A stretch of DNA of 63,412 nt, the filler included, from Chrysochromulina tobinii (taxonomy: Eukaryota), in the NCBI GenBank assembly GCA_001275005.1. It is 9 parts of 9 records of this genome, joined end to end, with 100 filler letters (N's around TTAATTAATTAA, not from the genome) between each part and the next. Parts side by side here need not be neighbours in the genome. Positions count along the whole stretch, not along the records: positions 50,494 to 55,063 come from JWZX01000252.1; positions 55,164 to 57,244 come from JWZX01000254.1; positions 57,345 to 60,789 come from JWZX01000256.1; positions 60,890 to 63,412 come from JWZX01000263.1; 5 more parts are not named here. One strand, 5' to 3'. The translations under genes were made by a program, and so were the position numbers. The notes under the pieces were generated by a model. The model did no database searches. It saw only the letters and a program-made list of their open reading frames with translations, and was not told the origin of the DNA. This document shows, in pieces, positions 52,797 through 63,412 of the stretch; within the stretch, counting starts at the first letter, position 1, and the number at the start of each line of letters is the position of its first letter.

Positions 52797-54241
52797 ATGG
52801 ATTTCGCCCTCTCTCTCGTCGGCAGGCACTGTATGCTTCGCAAGCATTTTCTGTTCCTGACAAGTGTTGGCTTGATTTGGGGTGCCTCCACTCCAACGCG
52901 CTCAGAACCGCATTCAAAGTCCCATGCGTCGTCGATGGCATGTATGCTGACAACGGTCCACGCACCCGACTACCTCGCCCTTGCTGCACGGTTGACTCTG
53001 CAGCGCCATTTCGCCCTAGGCCCAAAGCCCACCTTTGTCGTGGTCTTCGATGACAAGACGGCAGTGCGTGATTTTTGTGACACATACAGCGACCTCTGTG
53101 AAGACGTGACGTCCCTTTCCCTAGCTCAGCTTCTCGGTCGAAGACGATATGACTGGGTCAAAGGGTGGCTCAATGGGTCAGTGCAGACGACAGGCAGCAT
53201 GGAGTCGACCAAACGGCTGGAATCTACCACACATGTCGACTCCATGTTCAACTCCATGTTCAACTTCGTGTTCAAATCGAGAATCAGGCACTATCCGAAG
53301 CCATGCGAAAGCTCCCGAATCCATCTCCACGCTGGCTCCCAGGGCCGAATCTACCAGTCGATCAAGAAGATCTATGGTGCTCTGGGCGGCCCGTCCCATT
53401 GCCGCAAGTATTTCTTGTCGGATTCTGAGTCACTACCGTTCCGTCAGTATCACTGGCAGCACATCTCTGCTCCAGTACTGCTCCAGCGAGTGATCACTAT
53501 TATACAGCGCTCTGGTATAACATCCCAATGTGCAGCGGACAGCAAGATGATTGGCGGGACCCTTCTTGCGGCCTTTCCGTTGCGAAGGATCTGGGGCTGA
53601 TGCCGCAGGAGTTGCGCACCGAGCGCTTCTGGCAGCAGAATACCAATCCCGACCAATTTTGGTTTTGGGATAGATCTCTGGTCCATGACCTGGTCTCCGA
53701 GGTGGAGTCGACGATGAGGATGCCGTTCGCATGGGCTTTTCTGAGTTGGCGCTGGGTTGACGCGGGTATCTACAATTTTTGGGTGATCAAGCACGTTGCG
53801 AACAGCACAGCGGCCGGACTTCCACCGCTGCAGCAACTCCGCAACCTGCCTGTCGAGATTCAACGAGCAATGCCGGCGGCTCACCAAAAGTGCTGCCAAT
53901 GTAGCGAAGAGCGCAAGTTCCTTCCTTGCCACACCACGTACGACTTGCTGTCGCCGTGCATGTTGCATCAGGCAGGTGTAGCTAAGATCGCCTCATTCAT
54001 GAGGAAGAATCTCAAACTCTTTGCCAGCTGGCTTGAGTGGACTGATCGGTCCTCGAACGCAATTCCTTTTCCTGCCATCCTCGATGCTGGGGCGCTCTCC
54101 TGGTGCGTCAACAACTGCTTCAACAAAAGGGTTCTCGACATGCTCATGTCAACGAGCAGCATCAATTCGACATTTGCCTCTGTCCTAGCGTCTTCTCCTC
54201 TTGTCGTAAGCGCGTTTGAGGTTGACAAGCGCGGCGGGTAG
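52797..54241 (+). pseudogene. Putative secreted glycosyltransferase-like protein, frameshifted by an 11-bp insertion
   Basis: Hydrophobic N-terminal segment; FVVVFDD, YQSIKK, YFLSDSE (DxE). Two overlapping ORFs join in frame if one CTGCTCCAG+TA (53467-53477) is removed. Functional call is weak. Confidence 0.5.
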
Positions 54242-55163
54242 GTTGACAATCGCGCCCTACCTACAGCCGGACGAGATCCGGGGCGACGGCGCCTTCCCTG
54301 AGCGACGATGCGATGGGGGAGTGCAGCCCCACCCGTCGGCCGCCATGGCACGGTGCTGATCCCCATCCGGCTTGACACCTTTTGGCACTGCTGCCCGTGC
54401 GCCTCTGGTGTTCACACCCCTAAGACCGGGTTTGCGATCGGGATCCCCAGACGCGGGGGGCTGACCGGTGAGTAATCGAATCCATGTGGGCCGACCTCAG
54501 GCTCGTCTAGATGGTAGAACCCTAGACGGCCAAAGATGCACAAGGTGCTTTAGACTCTGTCGGTCACCGACGCACTCGCTCGACCGGCAATCTGCATCCG
54601 GCGCGTCGCGCGTGAAAAATAATGCAGAATCCGCCGGAATCTCCACTCGGACCGTACCTTCACCGCGGTTACCGGTCTAAGCTCTAACGTCTAGGCTCTA
54701 AGTATGGTTCCATTACTAAATCATTACGATGTAACATGTTCCATTAGCATGCCTAGAGCTTTCTAACGTTAAGAGGAAAACAGTGTTGAAGTGTTGAACA
54801 GTAACAACAGAACAACAGTATAAAGTCGTGAACAACAGAATGTGAACAGGACGAAAATTTTCTTAACGTTAACAGCAGACGGCAGAACGAGAGGAAATTC
54901 GCCGAAGCTGTATGTGCACTTGGCGCGAACGGGGGTGAGGCATCGCCCCAAAACAAAACCCGGTGTGCTTTTTAGTGTTTTTAACACCACCCACTCTCTC
55001 CCTACTCGCTACTGAGGCCTACTTATGTGCGCGTCTTGCTAGTGAAACTACAGAACTAGCTTTNNNNNNNNNNNNNNNNNNNNNNNNNNNNNNNNNNNNN
55101 NNNNNNNTTAATTAATTAANNNNNNNNNNNNNNNNNNNNNNNNNNNNNNNNNNNNNNNNNNNN

Positions 55164-57244
55164 GCCTGCGCGAGGGCACGGGCGGCAAGTTTGGCAACCT
55201 GATCCTCGCCAACGTCGCGACGCACCCTGGCATCCGCATCGACACCTGCACTAATGCATCCAGCGCCGCGCCGTCCATTGTGTCGGTGCTGCCGGCGTCG
55301 TCGGCGTCGCTCAACGATTACCTGTTCTTCTCGTCGAACAACATCATCGAGGGCCCCACCGCCGGCTTCCAAGTTGTGTCGCCATGCACTGGCACGGCGC
55401 CGACCTTCGTCAACGCCGATCCGTTCATCGCAGGAGGCGATTTCACCGAGACCAGCATGGTTCCGATCGACCCGCGCCCCGCTTGCGGCTCGGCCGCGTA
55501 CTCGAACGTCGACCCGGTGCCCAACGGCGACGTCTTTTTCAGCGCGACCACGTACAAGGGCGCGTTCGGCAGCGTCAACTGGCTCGATGGCTGGTCGTTC
55601 TTCAACCTGCCCAACCGCCCGGGCTTTGTCAGCGCCAGCTTCACCTGCCCCTCGGGCGCGGCCACCGACGAGGTTGCGCTGTGCGGCACCCTCTCGGCAG
55701 ACACCTTGCTCTTCGCGGGCCCAGTCTACATTCTCACGTGCCAGACGTTCGTTCCGTCAGGCATCACCCTGGCCATTCAGGCGGGCGTGACCATTTACGC
55801 CTCGCCGGTGGCTGCCGGTGGCGGCGGTGCGCCCGCCCTGATCATCGAGAAGGGCGGCTTTCTGCTCGCCGAGGGCTCTGCGACTTCGCCGATCACCTTC
55901 ACTGCCTTCAACCCCACCGAGTCGTCGTCGTCGTCGGTGTCGACTGACTCTACCAGTGCGGATACCGTGGTCGAGACGCGCGGCAAGTGGGGCGGCCTAA
56001 TCCTGCTCGGCAAAGCGCCGACCAACGTGGCGACCACCACCGCGATCGAGGGCATCACCGCGAAAACGTACGGCGGCACCAACCCGACCGACTCGTCGGG
56101 CTCCATGCAGTACGTGCGCGTGTGGCATGGCGGCGCGGTCGTTGGCGCGAACAACGAGATCAACGGCATCACCTTCGGCGGCGTCGGCTCCGGCACCGTC
56201 GTCGACCACTGCGAGGTGGCCTTCAACGTCGACGACGGCTTCGAGTTCTTCGGCGGCACGGTGAACGTCAAGTACCTGTCGGTGCTCTTCATGGGCGACG
56301 ACGGCTTCGACACGGACCAGGGCTACATTGGCAAGGGCCAGTTCCTGTTCGTCATCGAGGGCCTGACGGGCGACCACGCGATGGAGATCGACTCGGGCGT
56401 TGGCACGGATCAGGACGCGACCCCGCGCTCGCACCCGGCCTTCTACTCGTTCACCTTGATCGGCGGAGGCACCGGCACTGGCGCGCGCACGGGCGAGCTG
56501 ATGCACGTCAACGACGGCACGGGTGGCAAGTTCGGCAACGGCATCCTTGCGTACCCGAACTTGAACGGCCTCCTCTTCGAGGACTGCGGCTCGACGCTGA
56601 GCTACACGCAGACGCTGCCGGCGGCGTCGGTCAGCATTTCGAACCCCGGCTACTTTTACTTCTCGGCCAACAACATCATCGACACGGTGACGGCTGCGTC
56701 GCAGTTCGCTCTGCTCGCCGGCACCACCTCCGCCTGCACGCCCGCAGACACGTGGACGGCGGTGCTTGGTGCTCCCGGCTTCGCTGCCGTCGCCACCACT
56801 GACCTCCGGGAGGGCTCCGCCACCTTCAACCCTCTGCCGTCCGCCACCGGCGCGGCGTGCACGGGCACCAAGGACGCGCCCCCCAACGGCGACGCCTTCT
56901 TCTCGACGGTGACCTGCAAGGGCGCCTTCGGCTCCACGACGGACAACTGGCTCGCCGGCTACTCGTGGCTCGCGTGCAGCGGCAAGATGGCCGGCCGCAC
57001 GTGCACCGGCATTCCGGCCTCGCCGTTCGCGACTCTCCAGACAACTGTCACCTTGCTGCGAGCGCGATCGCATCCAACACGGTCCTCGGCGCGAGCATCT
57101 CGTACATTCTCGCCTCCCAGGTCTTCGTGTCAGCGACCCTCACGATCCCCGCTGGAACCACCATCTTTGCGCTGCCCGTGCCCACCGGCGTCGCCGCTCC
57201 AGCGCTCGTGGTCGTCAAGGGCGGCGCGCTCGTGGCGACGGGCA
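55164..57244 (+). CDS. Tandem bacterial-type parallel beta-helix surface-protein modules, partial at both ends
   Basis: GKWGGLILLGKAP, YGGTNPTDSSGSMQYVRV, NEINGITFGGVGSGT, DDGFEFFGG, DDGFDTDQGY, KGAFG..NWL.G(W/Y)S twice; a third module begins after a frameshift at ~57055. Confidence 0.75.
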
Positions 57245-57344
57245 NNNNNNNNNNNNNNNNNNNNNNNNNNNNNNNNNNNNNNNNNNNNTTAATTAATTAA
57301 NNNNNNNNNNNNNNNNNNNNNNNNNNNNNNNNNNNNNNNNNNNN

Positions 57345-60300
57345 GCAGCAGCCGCGCGAGCTCAGGCGTCCTGACACCTCCGCGTGCGAGCATCGCGTCC
57401 GACGCGGTCGCGTACAGCTCGGCTACCGTCCCCGGCATGCCAACGCCCTGCCGCAGCTCGTACACGGCAGCGACCATCGAGAGCATGAGCGGGTTGCTCG
57501 TCACCTTCTGGCCCGTGTCGTCGCGCGGCATCACGTCGCGCACGTACGGCAGCAGCGCGGCCGCGCGCTGAGCGCCGAGGCGCTGCTCGAGCGCGCGCTC
57601 CTGCTGCGCGTCAGAGAGCGGCGCGAGCGCGAGGCGGCGGAAGGCGGCAAAGCGCGCCTCGTCGACGCCCGCCGGCCGCGAGGTGCAGAGCAGCACTTGG
57701 CCCTGCGGCGCGAGCACGTCGACCACGTGGCGCTCAATGTCGTCGCGCTTGGCGCCGGCCTCGTCGAGCCCGTCGAGGAGGAGCAGCGCGCGGCGCGCCA
57801 TCATCGCCTGACGCAGCATGCGGTAGAGCGCGGGGCGGCTCGCCTCGTGCTCGAGGCGCAGGTAGGCATCGATGTAGTTCCATGCGGAGGCGAAGGCGTC
57901 GGGCGCCTCGAGCAGCCGCCGCTGCAAGACCTGCACCTTGACCAGGATGGGCACGAGCTCCGTGCGCTCGTCTTGGAGGGCGATCATCACCACCTGCGAC
58001 AGCAGCGTCGTCTTGCCGCTCGCGGGTCCGGCGGTGAGCAGCGCCGCGAGTGGACCCTCCGCTGGGCCACCATCGAGCCGCGCGCCGTGCTGCGCGAGCA
58101 ACCATGCGGTCAGGCTGTGCGCGTCGCGGATGGCAGTCGCCTCCGAGCCGGGTGCCACGGCCGCCCCGCCGAAGCCGCCACACCCCGCGCTGGGTGCACT
58201 GACCGCACTCACACCACCAAACGCCAACGTCGCGCCGTGGGGAGATGACATACCGACTTCCGGCATCGTGACCGCACCGAATGCTGGCAAAGCAGTGGCG
58301 GACCCTCCTAATGGCGACGGATCTACACCGAATCCGCCTCCAGCCGGTGCAGCGCCGCTTGTGGGATAGACGAGGTCTAGATGCGCGCCGGCCCTGCGAC
58401 CTGATGCAGGTGCTATCAGATCGAGCGTCGACAGGCTGGTGCTCATCTTGAGGAGCGCGCCCACGACGGCGCCCTCGGCCTCGCCCACCGCCTGGCCGCT
58501 CATCGACACCGACTCGCCTGATCGCAGCTCGCCCACGGGCATCACCCACTCGACCAGCCTCAGCGTCTGCAGCGCGCGGCCGGCCGAGACGAGCGCGACC
58601 GCCTCGTCCGCGCCCAGGCCGCTCCCGCTCACATCGAGCTCCGCCACCACGCACGACGCCGCGCCCAGCGCCGCTGCAAGCGTCGCGCCGTCACCCTCGG
58701 CCCACGCGCCGCTGCCGCCCAGCCGCAGCGTGCGCAGCGCGTTGCCCTCGCGACCCATCAGCGCGCACAGCGGCCGCAGCATCGCGAGGCACCGCGCCGC
58801 GTCGGCCAACGCGGCACGCTCGATGCACACCTCGACCGTTTCAACTTTAGAAGCACCGAACATCCCACCACCGAACATTCCACCACCAGAACAGCTGACG
58901 CCAAAGTGCACGCTGCTCGGCACGCCGCGCACCTCGGCGGCCCTCTGGCCGTTGATGTGCCACGCTAGCACGCCGCCGGCGAGCGTCATGCGGATCCGAT
59001 CGCCCGCCTTGTAGGTGGGCAGGCCGCTCTGGACCAGGGAGCCCTTGTGCTTGATGCTACCGGCCCCTGTGTAGCCCCAGCTCTCGGCGTCTCCACCCAG
59101 AGAGCTGGACAGGGCGTCCTTGCCCGGCAGCGCCGCGCCGATGTAGCAGCCACCCGGACAGGTGTTCTGCTGCACGACAAGCTCGACCATCGGCGAGACC
59201 GCGCCGAGCAGCGCCCGCCCGGTGTCCGCGAGCCTCACGCTCCGCCCGCCGTCGCAGAGTGTGGCGCTCGCGACCTTGAGCTCCGGCGCAAACAGGCTGG
59301 TCGGTACCTTGTGTGTCGATTCAACTGACCCTTTCTCAAACAGCAGCGCGAGCCGCTGCAGCGCGGCGGTGTCTGTCGCTTCGATCGCCTGCGCCGAGCA
59401 GTCGACCTCACGCAGCGACAGACGGCACGCGCCGCTCATCAGGGCCGCCTGCGACATCCGACCGTCCGTCGTGCACCGCGCCGAGAAGCGCCCGCCCGTC
59501 GTTGCCGAACCCTTCGCTCTTTTCGAGCCTCACGCTCCGCCCGCCGTCGCAGAGCGTGGCGCTCGCGACCTTGAGCTCCGGCGCAAACAGCAGCGCGAGC
59601 CGCTGCAGTGTGGCGGTCTCCGTCGCTTCGATCGCCTGCGCCGAGCAGTCGACCTCACGCAGTGACAGACGGCACGCGCCGCTCATCAGGGCCGCCTGCC
59701 GCTCCAGGACCGCCTCAAACGACATCCGACCGCCCGTCGTGTACAGCACGTTCGCGAGCCGCAGCTCGGCGAGCGGCGCCGCACTCTCGCGCAGGCCCTC
59801 GCCGATGAGACGCGCCGCCTCGGCCGCGCATGACGAGTCGCTCAGATCGAGCGTCGACAGGCTGGTGCTCGTCTTGAGGAGCGCGCCCACGACGGCGCCC
59901 TCGGCCTCGCCCACCGCCAGGCCGCTCATCGACACCGATTCGCTTGATCGCAGCTCGCCCACGGGCATCACCCACTCGCCAAGCCTCAGCGTCTGCAGCG
60001 AGCGGCCCGCCGAGACGAGCGCGACCGCCTCGTCCGCGCCCAGGCCGCTCCCGCTCACATCGAGCTCCGCCACCACGCACGACGCCGCGCCCAGCGCCGC
60101 TGCAAGCGTCGCGCCGTCACCCTCGGCCCACGCGCCGCTGCCGCCCAGCCGCAGCGTGCGCAGCGCGTTGCCCTCGCGACCCATCAGCGCGCACAGCGGC
60201 CGCAGCATCGCGAGGCGCCCCGCCACGTCAGCTACCGCGGCACCTTCGATGCGCACCTCGACCGACCCACTGAAAAACCGGCTGACACCAAAGTGCACGC

Positions 60301-60789
60301 TGCTCGGCACGCCGCGCACCTCGGCTGCCCTTTGGCCGTTGATGTGCCACGCGAGCACGCCGCCGGCGAGCGTCATGCGGATCCGATCGCCCGCCTTGTA
60401 GGTGGGCAGGCCGCCCTGGACATCGGAGCCCTTGTGGACTAACCTACCGTCCCCCGAGTAGCCCCAGCTCTCGGCGTCTGCACCCAGAGAGCTGGACAGG
60501 GCTTCCTTGCCCGGCAGCGCCGCACCGATGAAGCAGACACCCAAACACTGTTGCACGACGAGCTCGACCATCGGCGAGACCGCGCCGAGCAGCGCCCGCC
60601 CGATGTCCGCGAGCCTCACGCTCTGCCCGTCGTCGCCGAGCGTGGCGCTCGCGACCTTGAGCTCCGGCGCAAACAGCAGCGCGAGCCGCTGCGCCGAGCA
60701 GTCGACCTCACGCAGTGACAGACGGCACGCGCCGCTCATCAGGGCCGCCTGCCGCTCCAGGACCGCCTCAAACGACATCCGACCGCCCG
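57345..60789 (-). CDS. NLR-like protein: tandem SPRY/B30.2 + LRR modules followed by a NACHT NTPase; partial, frame break near 59460
   Basis: SPRY: IGAA...SLG.DAESWGY...YKAGDRIRMTL..GVLAWHING. LRR: LRTLRL, ELDVSGSGLG, LSTLDL. NACHT: GPASGKTTLL, LLLLDGLDE, CTSRP, NPLMLSM. Confidence 0.75.
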
Positions 60790-60889
60790 NNNNNNNNNNN
60801 NNNNNNNNNNNNNNNNNNNNNNNNNNNNNNNNNTTAATTAATTAANNNNNNNNNNNNNNNNNNNNNNNNNNNNNNNNNNNNNNNNNNNN

Positions 60890-62081
60890 GGTGCAGATTT
60901 GGGTCGATGATGCGCTTGAACCCAGACTCTCTCACGGCGAGCACGAGTTCATCTCGGCGCGCGAAGCGCTCTCCTTTTCCTTGAGCACGGTCCCGTGGGG
61001 GAGCACCTTCCGCGTCCTTGTGGGCAGTTTGAAGGTAATCGACAGGCCGGCCGTCCTTGTCGAAGAGTGGTGGTCGGCAATACCGATCTGGCTGCACCTC
61101 GGTGACGTGCGCCTGTACACTGGGCATGTCGTCCTCCTCGACCAGTCTCTCGTCGATGCAAAAGTTGTGCAGTCGCATGAGGGCCCCAATCAGGGGCGCA
61201 CGCCGATCAAATCGCTGGCGCAACTTGCGCCAGAGCACTCCCCACCTGCGGATCAAGATGCCAAACGCGCACTCGATCGCCATCCGATTCGAGCTCTGGT
61301 AAAAGTCGAAGTCGTCGAGGGCTGGGTCGTTGTTGGACGGCGTGATCATGCTTGGCGAGACTGTGAATGCCGAATCCCCGTTGAGGAAGAAGGGATAGGG
61401 TAAATCACCCGCCTCAACCCGCATGCCCAGCGGGGTTGCGCTCCATGCCGTGGAATCATGAGTGCTAGGGGCCATGCCAATGTCCACCCATGTGAATCGT
61501 CGCTTCGAGTCGCAGATGGCCATGGCGAGCAGGCAGTACGAATTCTTCCTGTCTACGTAATAGCGCTGGGCGTCGGGGACATCTCGCTCAGTGGGGCACT
61601 CCATTCGGAAATGGACGCCATCGATGGCACCCACCTGGCCCCGCCAGAATCCTCCCCTGCTGGCTGCGCTGAACTCCGCCTCCAGCACCTTGAGCTTCTC
61701 AACATCATCGATGGGGAAGTGCATGTTGTCGAGGTGCTTGTGGATCGCGTCGACCACACGCCAGACACAGTGCATGACCATCATTTTTGACATGCCATAA
61801 ATCAGCATGAGGTCTTGGGGATCGCCGCCTGCGAAGTACCTGAGCGCGGCGGCAAGCCGAGTTGGCAGCTCCACCGGCTTACCGCTGCGACAGTTGCAAG
61901 CCTGCTTCTCGTTGGTCACGGCAAGGGAGGGCGCCAGGATGGCGAGGAGCTTGTTGAAAGAGTGGAAGCTCAGCCTATATCGCAACTTGAACTGAGCCTC
62001 GCTCAAGCGTTGCACATGCTCGTCCCAGCTGAAGTCTGGAACAGGCACGTTGGCACCCCGGGATGTCCGATGACATCCCAT
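60890..62081 (-). mobile_element. PIF/Harbinger-type DDE transposase (HARBI1-like), 3'-truncated
   Basis: FKLRYRLS, RLAAALRYFAGG, GAIDGVH, STHDS, LNGDSAF, RMAIECAFGILIRRW, LHNFC. No TIR identified. Confidence 0.85.
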
Positions 62082-62589
62082 ATCCGTGTCAAAGAGGAGT
62101 AGCGCAGCGACTAGGCGCTTTCTTTGGGCCAGGCACGCGAGAGTGCGCTGCTCTGTGTGTGTTGCAGACGAGAGACGCGCACATGAGGTCAGTCAGGCAT
62201 CATCATGAGTCAGCCTGGGAAGAGTGTGATGTCCAGCACACCTCTGCCGCTCCCAAACACGTCGCAATCGCTGTCATCGCTGTCGTCTGAGTCACTGCTG
62301 CACTCGGACGACAAATCTCCCCAATCAGAGTCGCTGTCGCCATCGCCCAGGGCGAATTTAGAGTACGCCATGCTGATAAGGACCCGAAAAGCAACCTGCG
62401 GGTGGATCAAACCGGTGGCCCGAAGGAGGGTGTTTCGGAGTCCTGAATGGGAGTCCGATTTGGGAGAAAAGACGCGAAGTGTTTCTGGTTTTTACTGGCA
62501 GTAAGTTTGGTCGGAATCGCCGTCCGAGCTGCGGTCCGTCCCGACCTTCGCCTCCCAGTTCCGATGGCAGCGATTGTTCTAGGAATCCG

Positions 62590-63224
62590 ATGCTTTACAA
62601 GACGGTCACTGCCATCGCCATCGCCACGGCCTCGGCCCAAAAGGTGCGCCGCCGACCCCGTGCGCACGCGCGCACGCGCGCTCTCGGTCCGGGTGCGCTT
62701 CCTCCCACCTGAGACGCGGGCCATCATCATCATGCCGCTGCGCACCTTGCCTGTTTGCCACCTGCAGATTGGCACGTTGAAAACGGAGAGGCACCCCACG
62801 CTCGAATTTAAGGAGTGCGTCCTTACTTCCAACGGCGCGTCGTGCACGTCCCAGAGCAAGGAGGTCACCATCGATTCAAACTGTTTGTATCCTGCCTTTC
62901 GCATGTGACTTGCATGAGCGTGCCATGGCGTGGCACACTCAAAAGCGCGCTCACGGAGGATCTTGTATGGCGCGTTGCAGGGCGCTGGCTCCATAAGAAC
63001 AGCGATACATCGAACTGCTATTCGGGGAACCGTTGGGACCCTTCGATCTGCCCCGACGTGCAGTCGTGCGCCCAAAACTGCGTCCTTGAGGGTGCTGATG
63101 AGGAGTACACGGACACGTACGGTGTGAAAGCCTCGGGCGACAAGCTCGACCTGCAGTTCGTCACCCAGGGCCCGTACTCGAAGAATGTTGGCTCGCGCAC
63201 GTATCTGATGAATGATGAGCACAA
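62590..63224 (+). CDS. GH7 cellobiohydrolase/endoglucanase, first three exons (62590-62643, 62768-62882, 62981-63224)
   Basis: Signal peptide MLYKTVTAIAIATASA, then Q-K|IGTLKTERHP; IDSN|WRWLH; NCYSGNRWD..CPD..SCAQNCVLEGA..Y..TYGV; NVGSRTYLM. Both GT-AG introns preserve frame; next donor GTGAGC at 63225. Confidence 0.9.
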
Positions 63225-63412
63225 GTGAGCCGCGCTCATTCCTTTTTCGCAAGCCCTCCAACTTCCCTGACCCTCCCCAAACTAGGGACGAATCTCACTT
63301 GCCCATTCTTCCGCCTCCCACGTCGAGAGGGTCGAAGCGCGTTGTATCGAGCCTCGACGTGCCTCCGGAACCTCGGAGGGTCCGGTTTTAAGGCACAATG
63401 CCGAGGGACCAC

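Noticed and set aside
54680..55063. AT-rich AAC-rich tract as a transposon end
   Set aside because: No TIR, TSD or second copy in the window to support a call.

Overview
GC-rich eukaryotic nuclear DNA, most consistent with a flagellated haptophyte alga (inferred from gene content, Ser-Pro repeats and intron style; species cannot be established from sequence alone). The window is nine unrelated contigs joined by artificial 100-nt spacers (44 N + TTAATTAATTAA + 44 N): 1-8132, 8233-28080, 28181-32276, 32377-36812, 36913-50393, 50494-55063, 55164-57244, 57345-60789, 60890-63412. Adjacency across spacers has no biological meaning. Enzymes: histidine phosphatase, PDE12/CCR4-like nuclease, GH5 cellulase fused to LDLa+FN2+TM, TrmB, RluA-type synthase, METTL25-like methyltransferase, 2OG-Fe(II) oxygenase, CbbX/SpoVK-type AAA+ ATPase, cNMP-dependent kinase and a GH7 cellulase. 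Other proteins: SHIPPO-repeat protein, mitochondrial carrier, ankyrin-J protein, polycystin-like GPS protein, bacterial-type beta-helix repeat protein and an NLR-like SPRY/LRR/NACHT protein. Mobile and repeat DNA: the 5' end of an LTR retrotransposon, a Harbinger-type transposase, two MITE-like elements and a ~145-155 bp satellite. The most striking signal is a family of spliceosomal introns in three unrelated genes on two contigs. Each is built from tandem CTGAT(T/G)-core units; most end in a shared TGATTGNCTCCCTCATCAG-like tail and are flanked by a 13-28 nt duplication of exon sequence that supplies one splice site. This looks like an Introner-like, TIR-less intron-generating system. Second is the NLR-like gene, whose tandem SPRY copies differ mainly in short loop segments. 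All family calls come from motif recognition by eye, not database searches.
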